Program-made: the position numbers and the translations under genes
Source of the DNA: Eledone cirrhosa
Taxonomy: Eukaryota
Assembly: GCA_964016885.1 (NCBI GenBank)
Contig: OZ024742.1
Span: 368,094,001 to 368,158,000, forward strand
Reading direction: 5' to 3'
DNA: 64,000 bases
Notes under the pieces: generated by a model
Database searches by the model: none
Told to the model about the DNA's origin: nothing
The model's input: the letters and a program-made list of their open reading frames with translations, nothing else
Shown: positions 25,601 through 38,929 of the stretch, piece after piece
Numbering within the stretch: the first letter of the stretch is position 1
Layout of the letters: each line of letters begins with the position of its first letter

Positions 25601-28600
25601 GTTGTGTCAGTGAGTGGTTTACTATGTTTTGTCAGTGAGTGGTTTACTATGTTGTGTCAGTGAGTGGTTTACTATGTTGTGTCAGTGAGTGGTTTACTAT
25701 GTTGTGTCAGTGAGAGAGTGGTTTACTATGTTGTGTCAGTGAGTGGTTTACTATGTTGTGTCAGTGAGAGAGTGGTTTACTATGTTGTGTCAGTGAGAGA
25801 GTGGTTTACTATGTTGTGTCAGTGAGTGGTTTACTATGTTGTGTCAGTGAGTGGTTTACTATGTTGTGTCAGTGAGTGGTTTACTATGTTGTGTCAGTGA
25901 GAGAGTGGTTTACTATGTTGTGTCAGTGAGAGAGTGGTTTACTATGTTGTGTCAGTGAGTGGTTTACTATGTTGTGTCAGTGAGAGAGTGGTTTACTATG
26001 TTGTGTCAGTGAGAGAGTGGTTTACTATGTTGTGTCAGTGAGAGAGTGGTTTACTATGTTGTGTCAGTGAGTGGTTTACTATGTTGTGTCAGTGAGTGGT
26101 TTACTATGTTGTGTCAGTGAGTGGTTTACTATGTTGTGTCAGTGAGAGAGTGGTTTATTATGTTGTGTCAGTGAGTGGTTTACTATGTTGTGTCAGTGAG
26201 AGAGTGGTTTACTATGTTGTGTCAGTGAGAGAGTGGTTTACTATGTTGTGTCAGTGAGTGGTTTACTATGTTGTGTCTGTGAGAGGGTGGTTTACTATGT
26301 TGTGTCAGTGAGTGGTTTACTATGTTGTGTCAGTGAGTGGTTTACTATGTTGTGTCAGTGAGTGGTTTACTATGTTGTGTCAGTGAGAGAGTGGTTTACT
26401 ATGTTGTGTCAGTGAGAGAGTGGTTTACTATGTTGTGTCTGTGAGAGAGTGGTTTACTATGTTGTGTCAGTGAGAGAGTGGTTTACTATGTTGTGTCAGT
26501 GAGAGAGTGGTTTACTATGTTGTGTCAGTGAGTGGTTTACTATGTTGTGTCAGTGAGAGAGTGGTTTACTATGTTGTGTCAGTGAGAGAGTGGTTTACTA
26601 TGTTGTGTCTGTGAGAGAGTGGTTTACTATGTTGTGTCAGTGAGTGGTTTACTATGTTGTGTCAGTGAGAGAGTGGTTTACTATGTTGTGTCAGTGAGAG
26701 AGTGGTTTACTATGTTGTGTCTGTGAGAGGGTGGTTTACTATGTTGTGTCAGTGAGTGGTTTACTATGTTGTGTCAGTGAGTGGTTTACTATGTTGTGTC
26801 AGTGAGTGGTTTACTATGTTGTGTTAGTGAGTGGTTTACTATGTTGTGTCAGTGAGAGAGTGGTTTACTATGTTGTGTCAGTGAGTGGTTTACTATGTCG
26901 TGTCAGTGAGAGAGTGGTTTACTATGTTGTGTCAGTGAGTGGTTTACTATGTTGTGTCAGTGAGTGGTTTACTATGTTGTGTCAGTGAGTGGTTTACTAT
27001 GTTGTGTCAGTGAGTGGTTTACTATGTTTTGTCAGTGAGTGGTTTACTATGTTGTGTCAGTGAGTGGTTTACTATGTTGTGTCAGTGAGTGGTTTACTAT
27101 GTTGTGTCAGTGAGAGAGTGGTTTACTATGTTGTGTCAGTGAGTGGTTTACTATGTTGTGTCAGTGAGAGAGTGGTTTACTATGTTGTGTCAGTGAGAGA
27201 GTGGTTTACTATGTTGTGTCAGTGAGTGGTTTACTATGTTGTGTCAGTGAGTGGTTTACTATGTTGTGTCAGTGAGTGGTTTACTATGTTGTGTCAGTGA
27301 GAGAGTGGTTTACTATGTTGTGTCAGTGAGAGAGTGGTTTACTATGTTGTGTCAGTGAGTGGTTTACTATGTTGTGTCAGTGAGAGAGTGGTTTACTATG
27401 TTGTGTCAGTGAGAGAGTGGTTTACTATGTTGTGTCAGTGAGAGAGTGGTTTACTATGTTGTGTCAGTGAGTGGTTTACTATGTTGTGTCAGTGAGTGGT
27501 TTACTATGTTGTGTCAGTGAGTGGTTTACTATGTTGTGTCAGTGAGAGAGTGGTTTACTATGTTGTGTCAGTGAGTGGTTTACTATGTTGTGTCAGTGAG
27601 AGAGTGGTTTACTATGTTGTGTCAGTGAGAGAGTGGTTTACTATGTTGTGTCAGTGAGTGGTTTACTATGTTGTGTCTGTGAGTGGTTTACTATGTTGTG
27701 TCAGTGAGTGGTTTACTATGTTGTGTCAGTGAGAGAGTGGTTTACTATGTTGTGTCAGTGAGAGAGTGGTTTACTATGTTGTGTCTGTGAGAGAGTGGTT
27801 TACTATGTTGTGTCAGTGAGAGAGTGGTTTACTATGTTGTGTCAGTGAGAGAGTGGTTTACTATGTTGTGTCAGTGAGTGGTTTACTATGTTGTGTCAGT
27901 GAGAGAGTGGTTTACTATGTTGTGTCAGTGAGAGAGTGGTTTACTATGTTGTGTCTGTGAGAGAGTGGTTTACTATGTTGTGTCAGTGAGTGGTTTACTA
28001 TGTTGTGTCAGTGAGAGAGTGGTTTACTATGTTGTGTCAGTGAGAGAGTGGTTTACTATGTTGTGTCTGTGAGAGGGTGGTTTACTATGTTCTGTCAGTG
28101 AGTGGTTTACTATGTTGTGTCAGTGAGTGGTTTACTATGTTGTGTCAGTGAGTGGTTTACTATGTTGTGTTAGTGAGAGAGTGGTTTACTATGTTGTGTC
28201 AGTGTGTGGTTTACTATGTTGTGTCAGTGAGTGGTTTACTATGTTGTGTCAGTGAGAGAGTGGTTTACTATGTTGTGTCAGTGAGTGGTTTACTATGTTG
28301 TGTCTGTGAGAGACTGGTTTACTATGTTGTGTCAGTGAGTGGTTTACTATGTTGTGTCAGTGAGAGAGTGGTTTACTATGTTGTGTCAGTGAGTGGTTTA
28401 CTATGTTGTGTCTGTGAGAGAGTGGTTTACTATGTTGTGTCTGTGAGTGGTTTACTATGTTGTGTCAGTGAGAGAGTGGTTTACTATGTTGTGTCAGTGA
28501 GTGGCAGTGAGTGGTTTACTATGTTGTGTCAGTGAGAGAGTGGTTTACTATGTTGTGTCAGTGAGTGGTTTACTATGTTGTGTCTGTGAAAGAGTGGTTT

Positions 28601-31600
28601 ACTATGTTGTGTCTGTGAGTGGTTTACTATGTTGTGTCAGTGAGAGAGTGGTTTACTATGTTGTGTCAGTGAGTGGTTTACTATGTTGTGTCAGTGTGAG
28701 AGTGGTTTACTATGTTGTGTCAGTGAGTGGTTTACTATGTTGTGTCAGTGAGAGAGTGGTTTACTATGTTGTGTCTGTGAGAGAGTGGTTTACTATGTTG
28801 TGTCTGTGAGAGAGTGGTTTACTATGTTGTGTCTGTGAGTGGTTTACTATGTTCTGTCAGTGAGAGAGTGGTTTACTATGTTCTGTCAGTGAGAGAGTGG
28901 TTTACTATGTTCTGTCAGTGAGAGAGTGGTTTACTATGTTGTGTCAGTGAGAGAGTGGTTTACTATGTTGTGTCTGTGAGTGGTTTACTATGTTGTGTCA
29001 GTGAGAGAGTGGTTTACTATGTTGTGTCTGTGAGTGGTTTACTATGTTCTGTCAGTGAGTGGTTTAATATGTTGTGTCTGTGAGAGAGTGGTTTACTATG
29101 TTGTGTCTGTGAGTGGTTTACTATGTTGTGTCAGTGAGTGGTTTAATATGTTGTGTCAGTGAGAGAGTGGTTTACTATGTTGTGTCAGTGTGAGAGTGGT
29201 TTACTATGTTGTGTCAGTGAGTGGTTTACTATGTTGTGTCAGTGAGAGAGTGGTTTACTATGTTGTGTCAGTGAGAGAGTGGTTTACTATGTTGTGTCAG
29301 TGAGTGGTTTACTATGTTGTGTCAGTGAGTGGTTTACTATGTTGTGTCAGTGAGTGGTTTACTATGTTGTGTCAGTGAGAGAGTGGTTTATTATGTTGTG
29401 TCAGTGAGTGGTTTACTATGTTGTGTCAGTGAGAGAGTGGTTTACTATGTTGTGTCAGTGAGAGAGTGGTTTACTATGTTGTGTCAGTGAGTGGTTTACT
29501 ATGTTGTGTCTGTGAGAGGGTGGTTTACTATGTTGTGTCAGTGAGTGGTTTACTATGTTGTGTCAGTGAGTGGTTTACTATGTTGTGTCAGTGAGTGGTT
29601 TACTATGTTGTGTCAGTGAGAGAGTGGTTTACTATGTTGTGTCAGTGAGAGAGTGGTTTACTATGTTGTGTCTGTGAGAGAGTGGTTTACTATGTTGTGT
29701 CAGTGAGAGAGTGGTTTACTATGTTGTGTCAGTGAGAGAGTGGTTTACTATGTTGTGTCAGTGAGTGGTTTACTATGTTGTGTCAGTGAGAGAGTGGTTT
29801 ACTATGTTGTGTCAGTGAGAGAGTGGTTTACTATGTTGTGTCTGTGAGAGAGTGGTTTACTATGTTGTGTCAGTGAGTGGTTTACTATGTTGTGTCAGTG
29901 AGAGAGTGGTTTACTATGTTGTGTCAGTGAGAGTGTGGTTTACTATGTTGTGTCTGTGAGAGGGTGGTTTACTATGTTGTGTCAGTGAGTGGTTTACTAT
30001 GTTGTGTCAGTGAGTGGTTTACTATGTTGTGTCAGTGAGTGGTTTACTATGTTGTGTTAGTGAGAGAGTGGTTTACTATGTTGTGTCAGTGAGTGGTTTA
30101 CTATGTTGTGTCAGTGAGTGGTTTACTATGTCGTGTCAGTGAGAGAGTGGTTTACTATGTTGTGTCAGTGAGTGGTTTACTATGTTGTGTCAGTGAGTGG
30201 TTTACTATGTTGTGTCAGTGAGTGGTTTACTATGTTGTGTCAGTGAGTGGTTTACTATGTTTTGTCAGTGAGTGGTTTACTATGTTGTGTCAGTGAGTGG
30301 TTTACTATGTTGTGTCAGTGAGTGGTTTACTATGTTGTGTCAGTGAGAGAGTGGTTTACTATGTTGTGTCATTGAGTGGTTTACTATGTTGTGTCAGTGA
30401 GAGAGTGGTTTACTATGTTGTGTCAGTGAGAGAGTGGTTTACTATGTTGTGTCAGTGAGTGGTTTACTATGTTGTGTCAGTGAGTGGTTTACTATGTTGT
30501 GTCAGTGAGTGGTTTACTATGTTGTGTCAGTGAGAGAGTGGTTTACTATGTTGTGTCAGTGAGAGAGTGGTTTACTATGTTGTGTCAGTGAGTGGTTTAC
30601 TATGTTGTGTCAGTGAGAGAGTGGTTTACTATGTTGTGTCAGTGAGAGAGTGGTTTACTATGTTGTGTCAGTGAGAGAGTGGTTTACTATGTTGTGTCAG
30701 TGAGTGGTTTACTATGTTGTGTCAGTGAGTGGTTTACTATGTTGTGTCAGTGAGTGGTTTACTATGTTGTGTCAGTGAGAGAGTGGTTTACTATGTTGTG
30801 TCAGTGAGTGGTTTACTATGTTGTGTCAGTGAGAGAGTGGTTTACTATGTTGTGTCAGTGAGAGAGTGGTTTACTATGTTGTGTCAGTGAGTGGTTTACT
30901 ATGTTGTGTCTGTGAGAGGGTGGTTTACTATGTTGTGTCAGTGAGTGGTTTACTATGTTGTGTCAGTGAGTGGTTTACTATGTTGTGTCAGTGAGTGGTT
31001 TACTATGTTGTGTCAGTGAGAGAGTGGTTTACTATGTTGTGTCAGTGAGAGAGTGGTTTACTATGTTGTGTCTGTGAGAGAGTGGTTTACTATGTTGTGT
31101 CAGTGAGAGAGTGGTTTACTATGTTGTGTCAGTGAGAGAGTGGTTTACTATGTTGTGTCAGTGAGTGGTTTACTATGTTGTGTCAGTGAGAGAGTGGTTT
31201 ACTATGTTGTGTCAGTGAGAGAGTGGTTTACTATGTTGTGTCTGTGAGAGAGTGGTTTACTATGTTGTGTCAGTGAGTGGTTTACTATGTTGTGTCAGTG
31301 AGAGAGTGGTTTACTATGTTGTGTCTGTGAGAGGGTGGTTTACTATGTTCTGTCAGTGAGTGGTTTACTATGTTGTGTCAGTGAGTGGTTTACTATGTTG
31401 TGTCAGTGAGTGGTTTACTATGTTGTGTTAGTGAGAGAGTGGTTTACTATGTTGTGTCAGTGAGTGGTTTACTATGTTGTGTCAGTGAGTGGTTTACTAT
31501 GTTGTGTCAGTAAGAGAGTGGTTTACTATGCTGTGTTGTGTCAGTGAGTGGTTTACTATGTTGTGTCAGTGAGAGAGTGGTTTACTATGCTGTGTTGTGT

Positions 31601-34600
31601 CAGTGAGTGGTTTACTATGTTGTGTCAGTGAGTGGTTTACTATGTTGTGTCAGTGAGTGGTTTACTATGTTGTGTCAGTGAGAGAGTGGTTTACTATGTT
31701 GTGTCAGTGAGTGGTTTACTATGTTGTGTCAGTGAGTGGTTTACTATGTTCTGTCAGTGAGTGGTTTACTATGTTGTGTCAGTGAGAGAGTGGTTTACTA
31801 TGTTGTGTCAGTGAGTGGTTTACTATGTTGTGTCAGTGAGTGGTTTACTATGTTGTGTCAGTGAGTGGTTTACTATGTTGTGTCAGTGAGTGGTTTACTT
31901 TGTTATGTCAGTGAGAGAGTGGTTTACTATGTTGTGTCAGTGAGAGAGTTGTTTACTATGTTGTGTCAGTGAGTGGTTTACTATGTTGTGTCAGTGAGTG
32001 GTTTACTATGTTGTGTCAGTGAGTGGTTTACTATGTTGAGTCAGTGAGTGGTTTACTATGTTGTGTCAGTGAGAGAGTGGTTTACTATGTTGTGTCAGTG
32101 AGTGGTTTACTATGTTGTGTCAGTGAGTGGTTTACTATGTTGTGTCAGTGAGAGGGTGGTTTACTATGTTGTGTCAGTGACAGAGTGGTTTACTATGTTG
32201 TGTCAGTGAGAGAGTGGTTTACTATGTTGTGTCAGTGAGAGAGTGGTTTACTATGTTGTGTCAGTGAGAGAGTGGTTTACTATGTTGTGTCAGTGAGTCG
32301 TTTACTATGTTGTGTCAGTGAGAGAGTGGTTTACTATGTTGTGTCTGTGAGAGAGTGGTTTACTATGTTGTGTCAGTGAGTGGTTTACTATGTTGTGTCA
32401 GTGAGAGAGTGGTTTACTATGTTGTGTCAGTGAGAGAGTGGTTTACTATGTTGTGTCAGTGAGTGGTTTACTATGTTGTGTCAGTGAGAGGGTGGTTTAC
32501 TATGTTGTGTCAGTGAGAGAGTGGTTTACTATGTTGTGTCAGTGAGTGGTTTACTATGTTGTGTCAGTGAGAGGGTGGTTTACTATGTTGTGTCAGTGAG
32601 TGGTTTACTATGTTGTGTCAGTGAGTGGTTTACTATGTTGTGTCAGTGAGAGAGTGGTTTACTATGTTGTGTCTGTGAGAGGGTGGTTTACTATGTTGTG
32701 TCAGTGAGTGGTTTACTATGTTGTGTCAGTGAGTGGTTTACTATATTGTGTCAGTGAGAGAGTGGTTTACTATGTTGTGTCAGTGAGTGGTTTACTATGT
32801 TGTGTCAGTGAGTGGTTTACTATGTTGTGTCAGTGAGAGAGTGGTTTACTATGTTGTGTCAGTGAGAGAGTGGTTTACTATGTTGTGTCAGTGAGAGAGT
32901 GGTTTACTATGTTGTGTCAGTGAGTGGTTAACTATGTTGTGTCTGTGAGAGACTGGTTTACTATGTTGTGTCAGTGAGTGGTTTACTATGTTGTGTCAGT
33001 GAGAGAGTGGTTTACTATGTTGTGTCAGTGAGTGGTTTACTATGTTGTGTCTGTGAGAGAGTGGTTTACTATGTTGTGTCTGTGAGTGGTTTACTATCTT
33101 GTGTCAGTGAGACAATGGTTTACTATGTTGTGTCAGTGAGTGGTTTACTATGTTGTGTCAGTGAGAGAGTGGTTTACTATGTTGTGTCAGTGAGAGAGTG
33201 GTTTACTATGTTGTGTCAGTGAGTGGTTTACTATGTTGTGTCAGTGAGAGAGTGGTTTACTATGTTGTGTCAGTGAGAGAGTGGTTTACTATGTTGTGTC
33301 AGTGAGAGAGTTGTTTACTATGTTGTGTCAGTGAGTGGTTTACTATGTTGTGTCAGTGAGTGGTTTACTATGTTGTGTCAGTGAGTGGTTTACTATGTTG
33401 TGTCAGTGAGAGAATGGTTTATTATGTTGTGTCAGTGAGTGGTTTACTATGTTGTGTCAGTGAGAGGGTGGTTTACTATGTTGTGTCAGTGAGAGAGTGG
33501 TTTACTATGTTGTGTCAGTGAGAGAGTGGTTTACTATGTTGTGTCAGTGAGAGAGTGGTTTACTATGTTGTGTCAGTGAGTGGTTTACTATGTTGTGTCA
33601 GTGAGAGGGTGGTTTATTATGTTGTGTCAGTGAGTGGTTTACTATGTTGTGTCAGTGAGTGGTTTACTATGTTGTGTCAGTGAGAGAGTGGTTTACTATG
33701 TTGTGTCTGTGAGAGGGTGGTTTACTATGTTGTGTCAGTGAGTGGTTTACTATGTTGTGTCAGTGAGTGGTTTACTATGTCGTGTCAGTGAGAGAGTGGT
33801 TTACTATGTTGTGTCAGTGAGTGGTTTACTATGGTGTGTCAGTGAGTGGTTTACTATGTTGTGTCAGTGAGTGGTTTACTATGTTGTGTCAGTGAGAGAG
33901 TGGTTTACTATGTTGTGTCAGTGAGAGAGTGGTTTACTATGTTGTGTCAGTGAGTGGTTTACTATGTTTTGTCAGTGAGTGGTTTACTATGTTGTGTCAG
34001 TGAGTGGTTTACTATGTTGTGTCAGTGAGTGGTTTACTATGTTGTGTCAGTGAGAGAGTGGTTTACTATGTTGTGTCAGTGAGTGGTTTACTATGTTGTG
34101 TCAGTGAGAGAGTGGTTTACTATGTTGTGTCAGTGAGAGAGTGGTTTACTATGTTGTGTCAGTGAGTGGTTTACTATGTTGTGTCAGTGAGTGGTTTACT
34201 ATGTTGTGTCAGTGAGTGGTTTACTATGTTGTGTCAGTGAGAGAGTGGTTTACTATGTTGTGTCAGTGAGAGAGTGGTTTACTATGTTGTGTCAGTGAGT
34301 GGTTTACTATGTTGTGTCAGTGAGAGAGTGGTTTACTATGTTGTGTCAGTGAGAGAGTGGTTTACTATGTTGTGTCAGTGAGAGAGTGGTTTACTATGTT
34401 GTGTCAGTGAGTGGTTTACTATGTTGTGTCAGTGAGTGGTTTACTATGTTGTGTCAGTGAGTGGTTTACTATGTTGTGTCAGTGAGAGAGTGGTTTATTA
34501 TGTTGTGTCAGTGAGTGGTTTACTATGTTGTGTCAGTGAGAGAGTGGTTTACTATGTTGTGTCAGTGAGAGAGTGGTTTACTATGTTGTGTCAGTGAGTG

Positions 34601-37525
34601 GTTTACTATGTTGTGTCTGTGAGAGGGTGGTTTACTATGTTGTGTCAGTGAGTGGTTTACTATGTTGTGTCAGTGAGTGGTTTACTATGTTGTGTCAGTG
34701 AGTGGTTTACTATGTTGTGTCAGTGAGAGAGTGGTTTACTATGTTGTGTCAGTGAGAGAGTGGTTTACTATGTTGTGTCTGTGAGAGAGTGGTTTACTAT
34801 GTTGTGTCAGTGAGAGAGTGGTTTACTATGTTGTGTCAGTGAGAGAGTGGTTTACTATGTTGTGTCAGTGAGTGGTTTACTATGTTGTGTCAGTGAGAGA
34901 GTGGTTTACTATGTTGTGTCAGTGAGAGAGTGGTTTACTATGTTGTGTCTGTGAGAGAGTGGTTTACTATGTTGTGTCAGTGAGTGGTTTACTATGTTGT
35001 GTCAGTGAGAGAGTGGTTTACTATGTTGTGTCAGTGAGAGAGTGGTTTACTATGTTGTGTCTGTGAGAGGGTGGTTTACTATGTTGTGTCAGTGAGTGGT
35101 TTACTATGTTGTGTCAGTGAGTGGTTTACTATGTTGTGTCAGTGAGTGGTTTACTATGTTGTGTTAGTGAGTGGTTTACTATGTTGTGTCAGTGAGAGAG
35201 TGGTTTACTATGTTGTGTCAGTGAGTGGTTTACTATGTCGTGTCAGTGAGAGAGTGGTTTACTATGTTGTGTCAGTGAGTGGTTTACTATGTTGTGTCAG
35301 TGAGTGGTTTACTATGTTGTGTCAGTGAGTGGTTTACTATGTTGTGTCAGTGAGTGGTTTACTATGTTTTGTCAGTGAGTGGTTTACTATGTTGTGTCAG
35401 TGAGTGGTTTACTATGTTGTGTCAGTGAGTGGTTTACTATGTTGTGTCAGTGAGAGAGTGGTTTACTATGTTGTGTCAGTGAGTGGTTTACTATGTTGTG
35501 TCAGTGAGAGAGTGGTTTACTATGTTGTGTCAGTGAGAGAGTGGTTTACTATGTTGTGTCAGTGAGTGGTTTACTATGTTGTGTCAGTGAGTGGTTTACT
35601 ATGTTGTGTCAGTGAGTGGTTTACTATGTTGTGTCAGTGAGAGAGTGGTTTACTATGTTGTGTCAGTGAGAGAGTGGTTTACTATGTTGTGTCAGTGAGT
35701 GGTTTACTATGTTGTGTCAGTGAGAGAGTGGTTTACTATGTTGTGTCAGTGAGAGAGTGGTTTACTATGTTGTGTCAGTGAGAGAGTGGTTTACTATGTT
35801 GTGTCAGTGAGTGGTTTACTATGTTGTGTCAGTGAGTGGTTTACTATGTTGTGTCAGTGAGTGGTTTACTATGTTGTGTCAGTGAGAGAGTGGTTTACTA
35901 TGTTGTGTCAGTGAGTGGTTTACTATGTTGTGTCAGTGAGAGAGTGGTTTACTATGTTGTGTCAGTGAGAGAGTGGTTTACTATGTTGTGTCAGTGAGTG
36001 GTTTACTATGTTGTGTCTGTGAGTGGTTTACTATGTTGTGTCAGTGAGTGGTTTACTATGTTGTGTCAGTGAGAGAGTGGTTTACTATGTTGTGTCAGTG
36101 AGAGAGTGGTTTACTATGTTGTGTCTGTGAGAGAGTGGTTTACTATGTTGTGTCAGTGAGAGAGTGGTTTACTATGTTGTGTCAGTGAGAGAGTGGTTTA
36201 CTATGTTGTGTCAGTGAGTGGTTTACTATGTTGTGTCAGTGAGAGAGTGGTTTACTATGTTGTGTCAGTGAGAGAGTGGTTTACTATGTTGTGTCTGTGA
36301 GAGAGTGGTTTACTATGTTGTGTCAGTGAGTGGTTTACTATGTTGTGTCAGTGAGAGAGTGGTTTACTATGTTGTGTCAGTGAGAGAGTGGTTTACTATG
36401 TTGTGTCTGTGAGAGGGTGGTTTACTATGTTCTGTCAGTGAGTGGTTTACTATGTTGTGTCAGTGAGTGGTTTACTATGTTGTGTCAGTGAGTGGTTTAC
36501 TATGTTGTGTTAGTGAGAGAGTGGTTTACTATGTTGTGTCAGTGAGTGGTTTACTATGTTGTGTCAGTGAGTGGTTTACTATGTTGTGTCAGTGAGAGAG
36601 TGGTTTACTATGTTGTGTCAGTGAGTGGTTTACTATGTTGTGTCTGTGAGAGACTGGTTTACTATGTTGTGTCAGTGAGTGGTTTACTATGTTGTGTCAG
36701 TGAGAGAGTGGTTTACTATGTTGTGTCAGTGAGTGGTTTACTATGTTGTGTCTGTGAGAGAGTGGTTTACTATGTTGTGTCTGTGAGTGGTTTACTATGT
36801 TGTGTCAGTGAGAGAGTGGTTTACTATGTTGTGTCAGTGAGTGGCAGTGAGTGGTTTACTATGTTGTGTCAGTGAGAGAGTGGTTTACTATGTTGTGTCA
36901 GTGAGTGGTTTACTATGTTGTGTCTGTGAAAGAGTGGTTTACTATGTTGTGTCTGTGAGTGGTTTACTATGTTGTGTCAGTGAGAGAGTGGTTTACTATG
37001 TTGTGTCAGTGAGTGGTTTACTATGTTGTGTCAGTGTGAGAGTGGTTTACTATGTTGTGTCAGTGAGTGGTTTACTATGTTGTGTCAGTGAGAGAGTGGT
37101 TTACTATGTTGTGTCTGTGAGAGAGTGGTTTACTATGTTGTGTCTGTGAGAGAGTGGTTTACTATGTTGTGTCTGTGAGTGGTTTACTATGTTCTGTCAG
37201 TGAGAGAGTGGTTTACTATGTTCTGTCAGTGAGAGAGTGGTTTACTATGTTCTGTCAGTGAGAGAGTGGTTTACTATGTTGTGTCAGTGAGAGAGTGGTT
37301 TACTATGTTGTGTCTGTGAGTGGTTTACTATGTTGTGTCAGTGAGAGAGTGGTTTACTATGTTGTGTCTGTGAGTGGTTTACTATGTTCTGTCAGTGAGT
37401 GGTTTAATATGTTGTGTCTGTGAGAGAGTGGTTTACTATGTTGTGTCTGTGAGTGGTTTACTATGTTGTGTCAGTGAGTGGTTTAATATGTTGTGTCAGT
37501 GAGAGAGTGGTTTACTATGTTGTGT
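22680..37525 (+). repeat. About 6.5-kb block duplicated at 8286/8340-bp offset (about 22680-29185 vs 30966-37525)
   Basis: The 5-bp-insertion monomer is at 23245/31531 (8286). After one extra 54-bp dimer the offset is 8340, and the printed lines 24721-29160 match 33061-37500 apart from a few substitutions. ORFs 26806/35146 and 28501/36841 agree. The copies diverge at 29186/37526. Confidence 0.93.
29230..30965 (+). repeat. Copy of about 26000-27700 at 3233-bp offset, filling the gap between the two 6.5-kb blocks
   Basis: TTTATTA 26158/29391 and ATGTCGT 26899/30132 are both offset by 3233. The GTTAG and GTTTTGT markers are in the same order. Confidence 0.82.
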
Positions 37526-38929
37526 TAGTGAGAGGGTGGTTTACTATGTTGTGTCAATGAGGGGTTAACTATGTTGTGTCAGTGAGAGAGTGGTTTATTA
37601 TGTTGTGACAGTGAGTGGTTTACTATGTTGTGTCAGTGAGAGAGTGGTTTACTATGTTGTGTCAGTGAGTGGTTTACTATGTTGTGTCTGTGAGAGAGTG
37701 GTTTACTATGTTGTGTCTGTGAGAGAGTGGTTTACTATGTTGTGTCAGTGAGTGGTTTACTATGTTGTGTCAGTGAGAGAGTGGTTTACTATGTTGTGTC
37801 AGTGAGTGGTTTACTATGTTGTGTCTGTGAGAGAGTGGTTTACTATGTTGTGTCTGTGAGAGAGTGGTTTACTATGTTGTGTCAGTGAGTGGTTTACTAT
37901 GTTGTGTCAGTGAGAGAGTGGTTTACTATGTTGTGTCAATGAGTGGTTTACTATGTTGTGTCTGTGAGAGAGTGGTTTACTATGTTGTGTCTGTGAGAGA
38001 GTGGTTTACTATGTTGTGTCAGTGAGTGGTTTACTATGTTGTGTCAGTGAGAGAGTGGTTTACTATGTTGTGTCTGTGAGAGGGTGGTTTACTATGTTCT
38101 GTCAGTGAGTGGTTTACTATGTTGTGTCAGTGAGTGGTTTACTATGTTGTGTCAGTGAGTGGTTTACTATGTTGTGTTAGTGAGAGAGTGGTTTACTATG
38201 TTGTGTCAGTGAGTGGTTTACTATGTTGTGTCAGTGAGTGGTTTACTATGTTGTGTCAGTAAGAGAGTGGTTTACTATGCTGTGTTGTGTCAGTGAGTGG
38301 TTTACTATGTTGTGTCAGTGAGAGAGTGGTTTACTATGCTGTGTTGTGTCAGTGAGTGGTTTACTATGTTGTGTCAGTGAGTGGTTTACTATGTTGTGTC
38401 AGTGAGTGGTTTACTATGTTGTGTCAGTGAGAGAGTGGTTTACTATGTTGTGTCAGTGAGTGGTTTACTATGTTGTGTCAGTGAGTGGTTTACTATGTTG
38501 TGTCAGTGAGTGGTTTACTATGTTGTGTCAGTGAGAGAGTGGTTTACTATGTTGTGTCAGTGAGTGGTTTACTATGTTGTGTCAGTGAGTGGTTTACTAT
38601 GTTGTGTCAGTGAGTGGTTTACTATGTTGTGTCAGTGAGTGGTTTACTTTGTTATGTCAGTGAGAGAGTGGTTTACTATGTTGTGTCAGTGAGAGAGTTG
38701 TTTACTATGTTGTGTCAGTGAGTGGTTTACTATGTTGTGTCAGTGAGTGGTTTACTATGTTGTGTCAGTGAGTGGTTTACTATGTTGAGTCAGTGAGTGG
38801 TTTACTATGTTGTGTCAGTGAGAGAGTGGTTTACTATGTTGTGTCAGTGAGTGGTTTACTATGTTGTGTCAGTGAGTGGTTTACTATGTTGTGTCAGTGA
38901 GAGGGTGGTTTACTATGTTGTGTCAGTGA

